From an uncultured Bacteroidota bacterium (GTDB taxonomy: Bacteria > Bacteroidota > Bacteroidia > Bacteroidales > WCHB1-69), in the NCBI GenBank assembly GCA_902796805.1, contig CADBQG010000003.1, positions 20,131 to 84,130 on the forward strand: a DNA stretch of 64,000 nt, written 5' to 3'. Made by a program: the position numbers and the translations under genes. This document shows positions 9,356-19,180 of this stretch, piece by piece. The stretch's first letter is position 1, and every line of letters begins with the position of its first letter. The notes under the pieces are model-generated. The model was not told where the DNA came from. It did no database searches and saw only the letters and a program-made list of their open reading frames with translations.

Positions 9356-10558
9356 ATGAGAAGAGAAGATTTTCCGATATTGAAGCAGGAGGTGTATGGC
9401 CGGCCGCTCGTTTATCTTGACAACGCGGCCACAACCCAGAAGCCCAAGGTGGTTATAGACGCTTTGGACGAATACTATTCCAAGTATAACAGCAACATAC
9501 ACAGGGGAGTGCACTACCTCAGCTCGCACGCCACCGCTGAATTTGAAGAAGCGAGGAAGACAGTTCAGAATTTCATAAATGCAGGGTCTGACTGTGAGAT
9601 AATATTCACCAGAGGGACGACGGAGTCGATAAACCTTGTGGCGTCCTCGTTTGGAAAGACATTTTTCGGGGAGGGCGACGAGGTGGTTGTTTCCGAGATG
9701 GAGCATCATTCAAACATTGTGCCGTGGCAGATTGCCTGTGCCGACCGTGGCGCGAAGTTGAAAGTCTTGAAATTCAACGATAAGGGTGAAATTGACATTG
9801 CCGATTTAGAGAAGTTGCTCTCCCCGCGGACAAAGATAGTGGCCATAACCCACGTTTCAAATTCGTTAGGCACGGTTAATCCGATAGAAAAGATTGTTGA
9901 AGTGGCGCACAGCAAAGGAGTTCCTGTTTTGGTTGACGGGGCGCAGGCCGTGGCCCATCTGCCTGTCGATGTGAGAAAGACAGACTGTGACTTCTATTGT
10001 TTTTCGGGACACAAGATGTATGCCCCGATGGGAGTTGGCGTTCTTTATGGGAAGAAGGAGTTGCTGGAGCAGATGGAGCCATATCAGGGCGGTGGTGAGA
10101 TGATAAGGGAAGTTACATTCGAGAAGACCACATACAACGACCTGCCTTTCAAGTTCGAGGCCGGCACACCGTCGGTTGGCGATGTGTTCGGTTTGCGAAA
10201 GGCCATCGAATACATGCAGGAAACGGGGCTCTGTGAGATTGAAAGACATGAGCAAAGCCTTATGAAGTATGCGCTTGAAAGGCTCGGGAATGTTGTAGGA
10301 ATGCGTTTTATCGGAGAAGCCGCCAACCGTGCCGGTGCGGTTTCCTTCCTGATAGGCGACATCCACCCGTATGATTTGGGTGTTCTTCTTGATCATCAAG
10401 GTGTTGCAGTGAGAACAGGTCATCATTGCACGCAACCGGTGATGGATCGTTTCGGCATTCCCGGTACTGTGCGCGCGTCATTTGCGCTCTATAACACCAC
10501 AGAGGACATAGATTCGCTTGTGGCCGCAATTGAAAAAGCAAAACAGATGTTATCATGA
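9356..10558 (+). CDS. sufS: Cysteine desulfurase, SufS type
   Basis: YLDNAATTQKP, NIHRGVH, EHHSN, DGAQ, FSGHK (PLP Lys), RTGHHC. Confidence 0.96.
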   Translation: MRREDFPILKQEVYGRPLVYLDNAATTQKPKVVIDALDEYYSKYNSNIHRGVHYLSSHATAEFEEARKTVQNFINAGSDCEIIFTRGTTESINLVASSFGKTFFGEGDEVVVSEMEHHSNIVPWQIACADRGAKLKVLKFNDKGEIDIADLEKLLSPRTKIVAITHVSNSLGTVNPIEKIVEVAHSKGVPVLVDGAQAVAHLPVDVRKTDCDFYCFSGHKMYAPMGVGVLYGKKELLEQMEPYQGGGEMIREVTFEKTTYNDLPFKFEAGTPSVGDVFGLRKAIEYMQETGLCEIERHEQSLMKYALERLGNVVGMRFIGEAANRAGAVSFLIGDIHPYDLGVLLDHQGVAVRTGHHCTQPVMDRFGIPGTVRASFALYNTTEDIDSLVAAIEKAKQMLS

Positions 10559-11334
10559 ACAGAAACACTTATGCCATCATAACGGGGGGAAGTTCAGGCA
10601 TAGGCTCTGCATACGCGGAAGAGTGGGCGCGAAGAGGATACAACATTCTGATAGTGAGCAACCGCGAAGACCTGAACGCTGAAGAGCAGAAGCGATTGCA
10701 AGGTTTATATCCAGATTTAACGATAAGGTCTAAATATCAGGATCTGGCAAAAACCGCTGCCGCTCAAGAGTTGTATGACTATTGCATGGCGGAAAATTTA
10801 GAGGTCGAAGTTTTGGTCAACAATGCGGGAATGTTCTATTTCGGGGCCGTTGTTGAAAAGCCGGCGGCCCTGAGCCAAACCATGACCGCATTGCACTGCG
10901 ACACGCCAGTGGCGCTTTGCGTGCTTTTCGGCTCCGAGATGAAGCGCCGTGGCAAGGGCGTTATAATCAATGCAAGCTCGATAACAGCATTTATGAGTTT
11001 CCCCACAATAGCTGTATATCAGGCTTCGAAGGCCTTTCTGCTCAGATTCTCAAAAGGTCTCTCATACGAACTTTCACATCATGGTGTGAAGGTTTGCTGT
11101 GTGTGTCCCGGCGCGGTTGACACGGACCTTTACAATCTGCCAGTCACTACAAGGAAGATTTTGCGCAAGACGGGGATCATGCTTTCGCCGCGGCAGGTTG
11201 CCAGGAGAGGCGTGAGGGCTGCATTGCGTGGCAGGAAAGTGAAGATACCCGGAGCAATCAACTGGTTTTTCGTGTTTATATGTTTTCTGGTGCCAGGCTT
11301 TTTGATTGACCTTGTCAAGAAGAAATTTGTGTAG
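10555..11334 (+). CDS. Short-chain dehydrogenase/reductase
   Basis: TGGSSGIG, NNAG, YQASK, CPGAVDT. Confidence 0.92.
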   Translation: MNRNTYAIITGGSSGIGSAYAEEWARRGYNILIVSNREDLNAEEQKRLQGLYPDLTIRSKYQDLAKTAAAQELYDYCMAENLEVEVLVNNAGMFYFGAVVEKPAALSQTMTALHCDTPVALCVLFGSEMKRRGKGVIINASSITAFMSFPTIAVYQASKAFLLRFSKGLSYELSHHGVKVCCVCPGAVDTDLYNLPVTTRKILRKTGIMLSPRQVARRGVRAALRGRKVKIPGAINWFFVFICFLVPGFLIDLVKKKFV

Positions 11335-11345
11335 AAAACGGGTTT

Positions 11346-11948
11346 TCAAATGTTTTCAACCGTTGTGCCGCTAATTTTGCGCAAAGATTCCGCAACTTTG
11401 TCGGCGGAGCAGAGCCTTACGGACACAATGTAAGTGCAGTTAAGGTCGCTTTGCCTGTCAAGAATTTGTATATCAGGGTTTTTCAGAATCTGCATTACAT
11501 CGTTCATGTTTGCGTACTCGAAAGTGACGCGGTATTTCAGCTCGATGAATCTTTCAATGATGTTGGCGTTGTCGAGGGCGTCTTTGGCGGCTGCCTTGTA
11601 AGCGTTCTGCAATCCGCTGACACCGAGTTTTATGCCGCCGAAATACCGCACCACAACAATAAGTGTGTCGGTAACATCCTTTGAAAGCATCTGTCCGTGG
11701 ATAGGGCGTCCGGCGGTTCCCGAAGGTTCGCCGTTGTCGTTAACTCTGTAGGCGTCCTTGCGCGGCCCCAGGATGTAGGCGTAGCAGTGATGGCGGGCGT
11801 CCCAGTGCTTCTTCTGAATCTCGGCGAGCCGCTGCTTGACCTCGGCTTCTGTTGAAACAGGAAAGGCGTATGCAATGAACTTGCTTCTCTTCTCGCTGTA
11901 AAACCCTTCGGCAGGCTTTTCTATTGTCTTATACGTGTCTTCGAACAT
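11346..11948 (-). CDS. yigZ: YigZ/IMPACT family protein
   Basis: SKFIAYA, ARHHCYAY, DNGEPSGTAG, VVRYFGGIKLG. Start placed at MFEDTY. Confidence 0.92.
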   Translation of the reverse strand: MFEDTYKTIEKPAEGFYSEKRSKFIAYAFPVSTEAEVKQRLAEIQKKHWDARHHCYAYILGPRKDAYRVNDNGEPSGTAGRPIHGQMLSKDVTDTLIVVVRYFGGIKLGVSGLQNAYKAAAKDALDNANIIERFIELKYRVTFEYANMNDVMQILKNPDIQILDRQSDLNCTYIVSVRLCSADKVAESLRKISGTTVENI

Positions 11949-12894
11949 AGAACAGTCTGTTTCCGTCAATATTGATTGTCTTTCCGGGAGTTCCAGGCAT
12001 TTTAGGGGCTTCAAGCCCTCTTCCCCATCTTATGTCGCCCACAAGAATCCTGGCTTCGTCCCACAGACCGCAGTCAATGAACTTGTCGAGGGTTTTCCTC
12101 CCGCCCTCAACAATCACCGACTGCACGTTCAAGGCAAACAGCTGTCCTACAGCCTCGTGGACATTATCGGAGAGGGGGGTGTAATCATTTCTGGAGAGTA
12201 TTTCAGAGCCGCGCTGCATGACAAACCTTCCCGGGTTTTTTCCGGCATATTCCCGGGTTGTGAGTTGCGGTCTGTCGTTGTTCATGGTGTTGAAGCCCAC
12301 CAGTATGGCGTCTTCCTCGCCGCGCCATTTGTGTGTCAGGACTTTGAGTGCCCGGTTGGTGATCCAGTTGGACATGTTTTTGTCATACTCTCTGTCTATG
12401 TCCATAAATCCGTCCTCGGTCTGCGCCCACTTTAGGATTATGTATGGTCTTTTTTTTCTGTGGAATGTAAAGAACCGTCTGTTCAGGTCTTCGCATTCCT
12501 GCTTGCAGACATCCACCACAACTTCAACGCCGGCGTTGCGCAGTTTGGCGATGCCGGTGCCGTTGACCACGTTGTTGCAGTCAACCGAGCCTATCACTAC
12601 TTTTGGTATGCCGTGGCGTATGATGGCATCGGCACACGGGGGAGTCTTGCCGAAGTGAGAGCATGGCTCGAGGTTCACATAAAGCACGCTTTCTTTCAGC
12701 AAATTCTCGTCGTTCACCGAGTTGATGGCGTTTATTTCGGCATGAGGACCGCCGTATTCATGATGGTAGCCTTCTCCTATGATTTTCCCTTCATGCACTA
12801 TTACCGAACCCACCAACGGATTAGGCGATGTGTACCCAAGTCCCGCCGCCGCGAGCTGGAGGCATCTGCGGATGTATGTCTCATCGAAGGTCAT
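11929..12894 (-). CDS. ribD: Bifunctional riboflavin biosynthesis deaminase/reductase
   Basis: PNPLVG, HAE, LEPCSHFGKTPPC, LKWAQT, VEGG. Start overlaps the upstream stop (TGATG). Confidence 0.95.
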   Translation of the reverse strand: MTFDETYIRRCLQLAAAGLGYTSPNPLVGSVIVHEGKIIGEGYHHEYGGPHAEINAINSVNDENLLKESVLYVNLEPCSHFGKTPPCADAIIRHGIPKVVIGSVDCNNVVNGTGIAKLRNAGVEVVVDVCKQECEDLNRRFFTFHRKKRPYIILKWAQTEDGFMDIDREYDKNMSNWITNRALKVLTHKWRGEEDAILVGFNTMNNDRPQLTTREYAGKNPGRFVMQRGSEILSRNDYTPLSDNVHEAVGQLFALNVQSVIVEGGRKTLDKFIDCGLWDEARILVGDIRWGRGLEAPKMPGTPGKTINIDGNRLFYVRRHV

Positions 12895-13979
12895 CAAGGC
12901 TGCTCTTTGTTCAGGAAATATGATAGAGGTTGGTTCTGCCTGTCGAAGTGGAAGTACTGGCATTGGAGCAGTTTGCTGGTATCGCCGTTCATCACGGCAT
13001 AGAACTTGTCGCGGTTGTAGGGATCGTTTTCGCCGTTGTCCTGGTTGCCCACGATGGCGTCGAGGTAGTAGAGTTCCGGCTCCATCTTCCTGAACATGTC
13101 GAGTGTGGTTTTCTTTCCGTCCACATCGGTGAGCTCGATGGTCTTGAAGTGGTTGAACCTCAATATGGAGTCCTTTGCCTCTTTGGAGATGTCCATGATC
13201 AGGACTTCATAGTTCTTGTCGCGGTATTCAGAAAGCATATCGAGGAGTTTCACGGTGTCGTAGTCGGCGATTTGCTGGTTGCTTATGTTGTAGAGATTGA
13301 AGAAACGCGCCCCGGTCTTCTCAACGTAGTAGGATTCTTCGGGATGCTCGAAATCCTGCACCATGAGCGACTTTATGCGTGTTATTTTGGTGCTGAAGAT
13401 GTCGCAGTTATACCATTCGTGTGGCCTGAACGAGTACACAGGCGTGAGGTATCCCCTGAATCCCGGGATGTGCACGATGCATGGTTCGTCAAACCCTGCG
13501 AGCACGGCGTAGTTCGACATGTTGTCCATTGTGGATGGCCCCATGTAGTATGTCTTCACATTTCTCTCCTTCTTGAAGAAAGGGATTCCGAAGACGGTGA
13601 ACTTTGGGGCTATCTGGTATATTTCCACCTTTATGGCGTTCACCGACATCATCTTGTTTATGTTTGACTGGGCGCTTTTGGCCACTATCTGCTGGATGGA
13701 TATGTTGTGGATTGTGGAGAGGAGTTCCTCAACCTTCTTCGGCATGGCGGGAATATTCCCATCGACGTACCATCCTCTGTTTTTTCGCTCCAGCAGCGAT
13801 TTCTCCCCGTGGAGGTCAGCTATGAAGACTTTGGTGATGTTGGCGGTGTCTTTCACGGCGAATGCAGACGCTTTCGGATTCCTTTTTGACGACAGTACTC
13901 CGTTTTCAAACATGATGGATGCCGCAAGACCAAGTAATGCGGCCACGCATACGGCAAGTATGATTCTTCTTTTCTTCAT
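12894..13979 (-). CDS. Membrane-anchored periplasmic protein, DUF4340-like
   Basis: N-terminal anchor MKKRRIILAVCVAALLG, FAVKDTANITKVFIAD, HIPGFRGYL. Family recalled from memory. Confidence 0.65.
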   Translation of the reverse strand: MKKRRIILAVCVAALLGLAASIMFENGVLSSKRNPKASAFAVKDTANITKVFIADLHGEKSLLERKNRGWYVDGNIPAMPKKVEELLSTIHNISIQQIVAKSAQSNINKMMSVNAIKVEIYQIAPKFTVFGIPFFKKERNVKTYYMGPSTMDNMSNYAVLAGFDEPCIVHIPGFRGYLTPVYSFRPHEWYNCDIFSTKITRIKSLMVQDFEHPEESYYVEKTGARFFNLYNISNQQIADYDTVKLLDMLSEYRDKNYEVLIMDISKEAKDSILRFNHFKTIELTDVDGKKTTLDMFRKMEPELYYLDAIVGNQDNGENDPYNRDKFYAVMNGDTSKLLQCQYFHFDRQNQPLSYFLNKEQP

Positions 13980-14095
13980 CGATGATGTTTTAGGCCGCGA
14001 AGATACAATATTTGGGAGAATAATTGCAGTCGGTTTAGTTATTTTGCATTGAAAACGCGCAAAAAAAAGGTGCTTTTCACTTGAGAATGTGGTTT

Positions 14096-15013
14096 TTAAT
14101 CGCGGAGGCAACGAACTGCCATTCCAACGTATCTGGCATAGCCATTTCTGACCACTCCTGGATAGTCATAGCCTAAAGAACGGTAAAATGAAGTTACACG
14201 GAAGACTTCAGTGGAAGTCCAGAAAGAAGCGTGACCGCCAATATGCTGGCTGTCGAACGCTGCAAGCAAGTCGCACACGTTCACTGCGTTCGAGTCTGTG
14301 CAACTGCCAAAAGTGCTGGGCCTTGCAATGGCTGTAGGATTAGATGGAACAGTGATGGTGCCGCTGGTGAAATTGTTGTTGCCGGCAAACACGTTGTTGC
14401 CAGACTTCAAGGGTACATTGTTACAGTTGCTTTCAATGGTTGGGCAGAGGTCTGTTTCCGTAATATATTTATTGGTGGTCAAGTAGTTGCCGATACTGTC
14501 GCAAATGTTTGGCTTGTTCAGGATATATGCATCTTTGCTCGAATCAGTCTCGCTCCAGTCGCTTTGCATGTTGACGGATATGCCGTGTTGGTTGATATAA
14601 TTCGCGATTTGATTTTGGTTCACGCTGTCAGCATAATCTGCCTGCATTGCATACGGTACAGCTGAAAAGGATGTTTTGTGAGAGGCGAGCAGTTCTGAAC
14701 CTTCGTATATCCAAGTAGTTACTCAAGCCGAAGTCTAGTCAATATCGTTCCAGTCGCCGCTTAGGAAAACTCCATTTCCGATGAGCAGTGAAATAAGGCC
14801 GTTGAAGTTTACTGGTTACAAAGTGTCGTTCTGAATATACAGGCGTGCCATTCTCGCTATTGGCGAGGCTCACATCAACAGTCAGTTGTGTGTTCACCAC
14901 CAGTTAGTCGCGGTGTTGCGCACCACAGCTTGGTAACTAACTTTGTTGTTCTGTGCAAACATCGTCACTATACTACACATCACCGCTGAGACGAGCAAAA
15001 TTGTTTTTCTCAT
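14096..15013 (-). pseudogene. Disrupted secreted protein (SYQAVVRN...AVPYA N-terminal domain, remnant FISUMP C-terminus)
   Basis: ATG at 15013 gives a signal peptide and SYQAVVRNTA. Frameshifts near 14907 and 14810. In-frame TAG at 14735-14737 and TGA at 14723-14725. Ends FWTST...GMAVRCLRD. Confidence 0.85.
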
Positions 15014-15054
15014 CTTTGAATTTTTTTTGATTATATTACTGTTTCGATTTGATT

Positions 15055-16176
15055 TTAATAATTTTTCACACAGCGCACGCTATATGCGTTCCCGGCAATC
15101 ATGGTCGATGGTACTGGTGAGTCGCAGTAGTAGGAGTAGCCGAGCAGTGCAGGTTTGTCCGGGGTCAATGTGCCTGCGGCCAACCAAATAGAACCTTCTG
15201 TGAGCAAACCCTCAAAGCGTCCAGATGAAGCGTTGTACTTGCCGGAGGGCAGCAATGTGAAATCCGTGGAGTTGTCGCCCGGGTCGTTCAGCCAGAGAGT
15301 CTCGCTTTTCACTGTAAAAGCTGAATGTGCGTTAAGGGCGGCCACTTCCGCCGCGGCAGGCAAATGCCATCCAACAGGACAAATACCTTGCACAAAACCG
15401 TTTTCATCGGCGGCTGCGGCAGTTTCAGGGGAGCCTTCCGCTATGCCTGCAGCCGACCACCAAATATAGAGACGCCCGTAAACAGATTCATTGGCGGCCA
15501 CATCGGGGTGGCGGTTGCTTTGGTAAACTAAAGCTCTGGCCACGGGTGTTGCATTACCGTCGTCATACACTGTGGCCTGCGAGTTGCGCTGTGTCCAACA
15601 ATAGCGGTCAAGCACCAGTGTGGGATAAGTGATGTTGCTGCCGTCGGTTACAGTGAACGGACAAATCATAGCATAGAGATGCACCACGCTGTCGCAGCTG
15701 TGGACAGTGGCGAGATCCAAGTTGTTTGCACCCTCGTTAATGCCCGCAGGAAAGTCTCCATGAAACATCACAGTGTCATAAATTTCATAAGTCGGCCACA
15801 CTGTGAGCGTAAGCCGTTTTATGAGGTCGTAGTTGTAAAGAGTGTCTATAGTTACAACATATTGCTCATACTTCTTAACACCCTCCGAGAGTTCGTCAAC
15901 AGATATGTTGAAGTTGTTTTGGGTATACGGTTGGTTGTCGCAGGTTTCATCAGTGATTTCTTCAGTCATAAGTTGTGCCTGCGCCACCGAATAGGCCAGC
16001 TCATAGTCGCCTGAAACTATCTGCTCGTAGAACGGCTGCCCGATAGCCACGTATGTGTTGTTTTGGGTGCTTCCTGCAGCAACCACCGCCCACACAGTCT
16101 CGGGAGGCCCTGTTTGCGCCACAGCATCTGTCAACACACTGAACAACATGCAGAAAAGTATTGCTTTCTTCCTTAT
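15055..16176 (-). CDS. FISUMP (Fibrobacter succinogenes major paralogous domain) protein
   Basis: CWTQRN, YGRLYIW, QGICPVGWHLP, FTLLPSG, AYSVRCVK. The signal-peptide n-region extends to an ATA at 16174-16176, and the first ATG is at 16149. Confidence 0.85.
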   Translation of the reverse strand: MRKKAILFCMLFSVLTDAVAQTGPPETVWAVVAAGSTQNNTYVAIGQPFYEQIVSGDYELAYSVAQAQLMTEEITDETCDNQPYTQNNFNISVDELSEGVKKYEQYVVTIDTLYNYDLIKRLTLTVWPTYEIYDTVMFHGDFPAGINEGANNLDLATVHSCDSVVHLYAMICPFTVTDGSNITYPTLVLDRYCWTQRNSQATVYDDGNATPVARALVYQSNRHPDVAANESVYGRLYIWWSAAGIAEGSPETAAAADENGFVQGICPVGWHLPAAAEVAALNAHSAFTVKSETLWLNDPGDNSTDFTLLPSGKYNASSGRFEGLLTEGSIWLAAGTLTPDKPALLGYSYYCDSPVPSTMIAGNAYSVRCVKNY

Positions 16177-16345
16177 ATAGTCTAATCTACAAATCTATAC
16201 TGAATAGATAAAATCTCAAAATTCTGCAAAAGTACCCTTTTTCTGTTGTAAGTTTACAACAATAATAGTATTTGTGCAGCTTTTTTCATAAAAAAAGGAG
16301 GCGGAAACATTTTCCACCCCCTTTCGTTTTTCGGAAAAAGTAATC

Positions 16346-18043
16346 CTAACCTATCACTTTCTCGGTCTTCTTCATCAGGTTTTTCTCGATGCGGTCGGCT
16401 TTGACCACAAAATCGTGGGCCTTGGCAATCATCATGTCTGCATATTCTTTGTCTTGAAGGGAAGACGCGTTGATTTTCACGTTCAGATATGCGCCGTGGA
16501 TAGCGGCGCGGGCGCAAAGCACGCCAACGCCGGCATCGGAGACGGAGTTCGGGTTTCCCTTGTTTATCATGGCCTCGCAGATTTCGAACACTTTGAATGA
16601 AGTCTCGATTGTGCGCATGGGAACCTCGGTGGCGTATTTTGTGGCATCTTGTATGGCCTGGGTTCTCGCGGCTTTTTCTTCAGGAGTGCCTTTGGGCAGT
16701 CCGAAAGCGCTCATGATGACGTTGAAAGCGTTGGTGTCCTCGTCAACGAGTGCGAGCAGCTGGTCTTTCACAATCTGGCCTTTTTCAGCCCATTGAGAGA
16801 AATAGGCCCATTTGTCGTCCCAGCCTGGTTTGTGCGACGACAGGTTTGCCACCATAGTTGCAAGTGCTGCTCCAAGTGCGCCCATATATGCGGATATTGA
16901 GCCGCCGCCGGGAGCCGGACTTTCCGATGCGGTCTCGTCTGTGAAGCCCTTGCAGGTCATGTCGACCAGTTTCTTTGTGGTGTCCTCCTTCTCGAGCAGG
17001 TATTCTATGACTTTTTCTTCGGGATTGAAAGGCTTGAGGTCGTCGAGTCCCATAGATTTGACGGCGATTTTCACGATTTCGCGTTCATCGACTCCGAGTG
17101 AGCGTTTCTGTTTTGCGAGGTAGTATTTCCCGGCCTGGATGAGTACCTTCTTCGGCACGAGACCCACGATTTCGGCGCCGGTTACCCTTACGCCGCGTTT
17201 AGCAGCCTTGGCGCAAACCTCATCGAAGGCTACATGCAGCGGAGTGGCGTTTATATCGGTGATGTTCATCGAGACTTGCGCCACGCCGTATTCATCGATG
17301 TACCAGCCAATGGCCTTGGTGCCTTTCAGTGTACCCGGCAGCATTATCGTGTTGCCGTTTTCATCCTTCATAACCTTGCCTGTAATCTTGTTGCCTTCAC
17401 GCTTCGGGCGACCTTTCTCGCGCACGTCGAAGGCTATGGCGTTGGCGCGCCGTGTGGACGTTGTGTTGAGGTTGTAGTTGACAGCTATGAGAAAGTCGCG
17501 GGCGCCTATTGCCGTGGCACCGCTTTTGGCCACGCTTTCTGTGAACTTCGCAGGTCCGAAGTCAGGCTTCCATTCCTTCGAGACAATCCTCTCCTTCAAG
17601 GCCTCGTATTCGCCGTGGCGGCAGTTGGCCAAGTTGCGCCTCTCTTCCTTGAAAGCGGCGTTTTCGTAGCAATAGACGGGAATGTTGAGTTCCTTGCCGA
17701 CCCTTTCAGCGAGTTTCCTGGCGTATTCAACAGTCTCCTCCATCGTTATGTTGGCGATGGGCACCAACGGGCATACGTCGGTTGCCCCGAAGCGCGGATG
17801 GTCGCCGTGATGGTGGCGCATGTCTATGAGTTCCTGGCATTTGGCGATGAACTTCACGGCAGCGTCAACAACGTGTTCCGGTTCGCCTACAAAGGTCACC
17901 ACAGTGCGGTTTGTTGTCACGCCCGGGTCCACATCCAGCAATGTAACGCCTTCAGCCTGGCGGATTACGTCAACAACCTGGTTGATGATTTCACTGTTCC
18001 TTCCCTCACTGAAGTTAGGAACACATTCGATCAATTGTTTCAT
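16346..18043 (-). CDS. ftcd: Glutamate formiminotransferase / formiminotetrahydrofolate cyclodeaminase
   Basis: LIECVPNFSEGR, HPRFGATDVCP, ASESPAPGGGS, GNPNSVSDAGVG. Confidence 0.95.
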   Translation of the reverse strand: MKQLIECVPNFSEGRNSEIINQVVDVIRQAEGVTLLDVDPGVTTNRTVVTFVGEPEHVVDAAVKFIAKCQELIDMRHHHGDHPRFGATDVCPLVPIANITMEETVEYARKLAERVGKELNIPVYCYENAAFKEERRNLANCRHGEYEALKERIVSKEWKPDFGPAKFTESVAKSGATAIGARDFLIAVNYNLNTTSTRRANAIAFDVREKGRPKREGNKITGKVMKDENGNTIMLPGTLKGTKAIGWYIDEYGVAQVSMNITDINATPLHVAFDEVCAKAAKRGVRVTGAEIVGLVPKKVLIQAGKYYLAKQKRSLGVDEREIVKIAVKSMGLDDLKPFNPEEKVIEYLLEKEDTTKKLVDMTCKGFTDETASESPAPGGGSISAYMGALGAALATMVANLSSHKPGWDDKWAYFSQWAEKGQIVKDQLLALVDEDTNAFNVIMSAFGLPKGTPEEKAARTQAIQDATKYATEVPMRTIETSFKVFEICEAMINKGNPNSVSDAGVGVLCARAAIHGAYLNVKINASSLQDKEYADMMIAKAHDFVVKADRIEKNLMKKTEKVIG

Positions 18044-18066
18044 TTTGTCTTGTTATTTTATATAGA

Positions 18067-19161
18067 TTAAACAAATTCTTTGCCAAAATCCACTTGGATG
18101 TCGGTCACATATTGCCTTATCTGCTGCTCGTCGGATTTTTTGCATATCAGGAGCATATTGTCGTTTTCCACAACTATATAGTCGTCGAGACCTTGTACCA
18201 CCACAACTTTGTTGCGCGGCATGTTGATGATGCATTTACTTGACTCGTAAACTTTTACATGGTTGCCGACAACGGCGTTGAGGTTGTCGTCCTTTTTTCT
18301 GAGTTCGTACAATGAACTCCATGTACCGAGGTCCGACCAGCCGAAGTTCGCCGCGTAAACCCAGATGTTCTCGGCCTTTTCCATGATTCCGTAGTCGATG
18401 GAAATCTTGCGGCACACCTGGTATGTACGGTCGATGAAATCTTCTTCCTGAGGCGTGTTATAGAGACCTTCGCCCTGCCTGAACAGGTCGTAGATATCAG
18501 GGAGATGCTGTTTGAAGGCGGCGTTTATAGTTGAAAGAGAGCAGATGAAAATGCCTGCGTTCCAGAGGAAGTCTCCGCTTTCGAGGAAGCTTTTGGCCAT
18601 TTCGAGTTCCGGCTTCTCAGTGAAGGTCTTCACAGAATATACTGAATGGTTTTCGCTCAAGGCGTTGTCCTCGTCGTACTGGATATATCCGTAGCCTGTG
18701 TTGGGTGAGGTAGGCCTGATGCCGATTGTCAGCAAATAGGGGTTGGTCTCAGTTATTTCCAAGCCTTTTCCGATGATCTCCACAAACATGTCTTCTTTCT
18801 CGATGTAGTGGTCTGACGGGGCCACAACGATGACAGCGTTGGGATTCTTGGCTTTGATTTTGAAGCAGGCGTAAGCGATGCAGGGTGCAGTGTTGCGGCG
18901 ATACGGCTCGAGAATGACCTGTTCGTCGGTAAGCTCTGGAAGCTGCTCCTTGGTGATTTCCTTATAGGATTTGTTGGTTACTATGTAGATGTTCTCTTTG
19001 GGGCAAACCTTGGCGAACCTGTTGAAAGTCTTCTGAATCAGAGTTTCGCCGTCGCCCAGGATGTCGATGAACTGTTTCGGGGTGTTGCTGTTGCTCACGG
19101 GCCAGAACCTGGCGCCCACGCCGCCGGCCATGATGATGCAGTAGTAGTTGGGGTTTTGCAT
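18067..19161 (-). CDS. manC: Mannose-1-phosphate guanylyltransferase
   Basis: IMAGGVGARFWP, PKQF, RNTAPCI, PSDH, FTEKP, WNAGIF, SIDYGIMEK, WSDLGTW. Confidence 0.93.
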   Translation of the reverse strand: MQNPNYYCIIMAGGVGARFWPVSNSNTPKQFIDILGDGETLIQKTFNRFAKVCPKENIYIVTNKSYKEITKEQLPELTDEQVILEPYRRNTAPCIAYACFKIKAKNPNAVIVVAPSDHYIEKEDMFVEIIGKGLEITETNPYLLTIGIRPTSPNTGYGYIQYDEDNALSENHSVYSVKTFTEKPELEMAKSFLESGDFLWNAGIFICSLSTINAAFKQHLPDIYDLFRQGEGLYNTPQEEDFIDRTYQVCRKISIDYGIMEKAENIWVYAANFGWSDLGTWSSLYELRKKDDNLNAVVGNHVKVYESSKCIINMPRNKVVVVQGLDDYIVVENDNMLLICKKSDEQQIRQYVTDIQVDFGKEFV

Positions 19162-19180
19162 TATTGAAGTTGTTTAGTGC

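Noticed and set aside
14723-14737. In-frame TAG/TGA as stop-codon recoding
   Set aside because: The same gene also has frameshifts, and TAG/TGA terminate normal genes elsewhere in the window, so pseudogenisation is the simpler explanation.
14096-16176. Possible diversity-generating retroelement (FISUMP-type targets, with an Avd-like gene at 63.2-63.5 kb)
   Set aside because: No reverse transcriptase and no template repeat differing only at adenines is visible in the window. The two C-termini are too divergent to be a TR/VR pair. Targeting by a remote DGR cannot be excluded.
16290-16332. Hairpin downstream of ftcd
   Set aside because: It is a plausible terminator (T run on the minus strand), but the stem is too mismatched to list with confidence.
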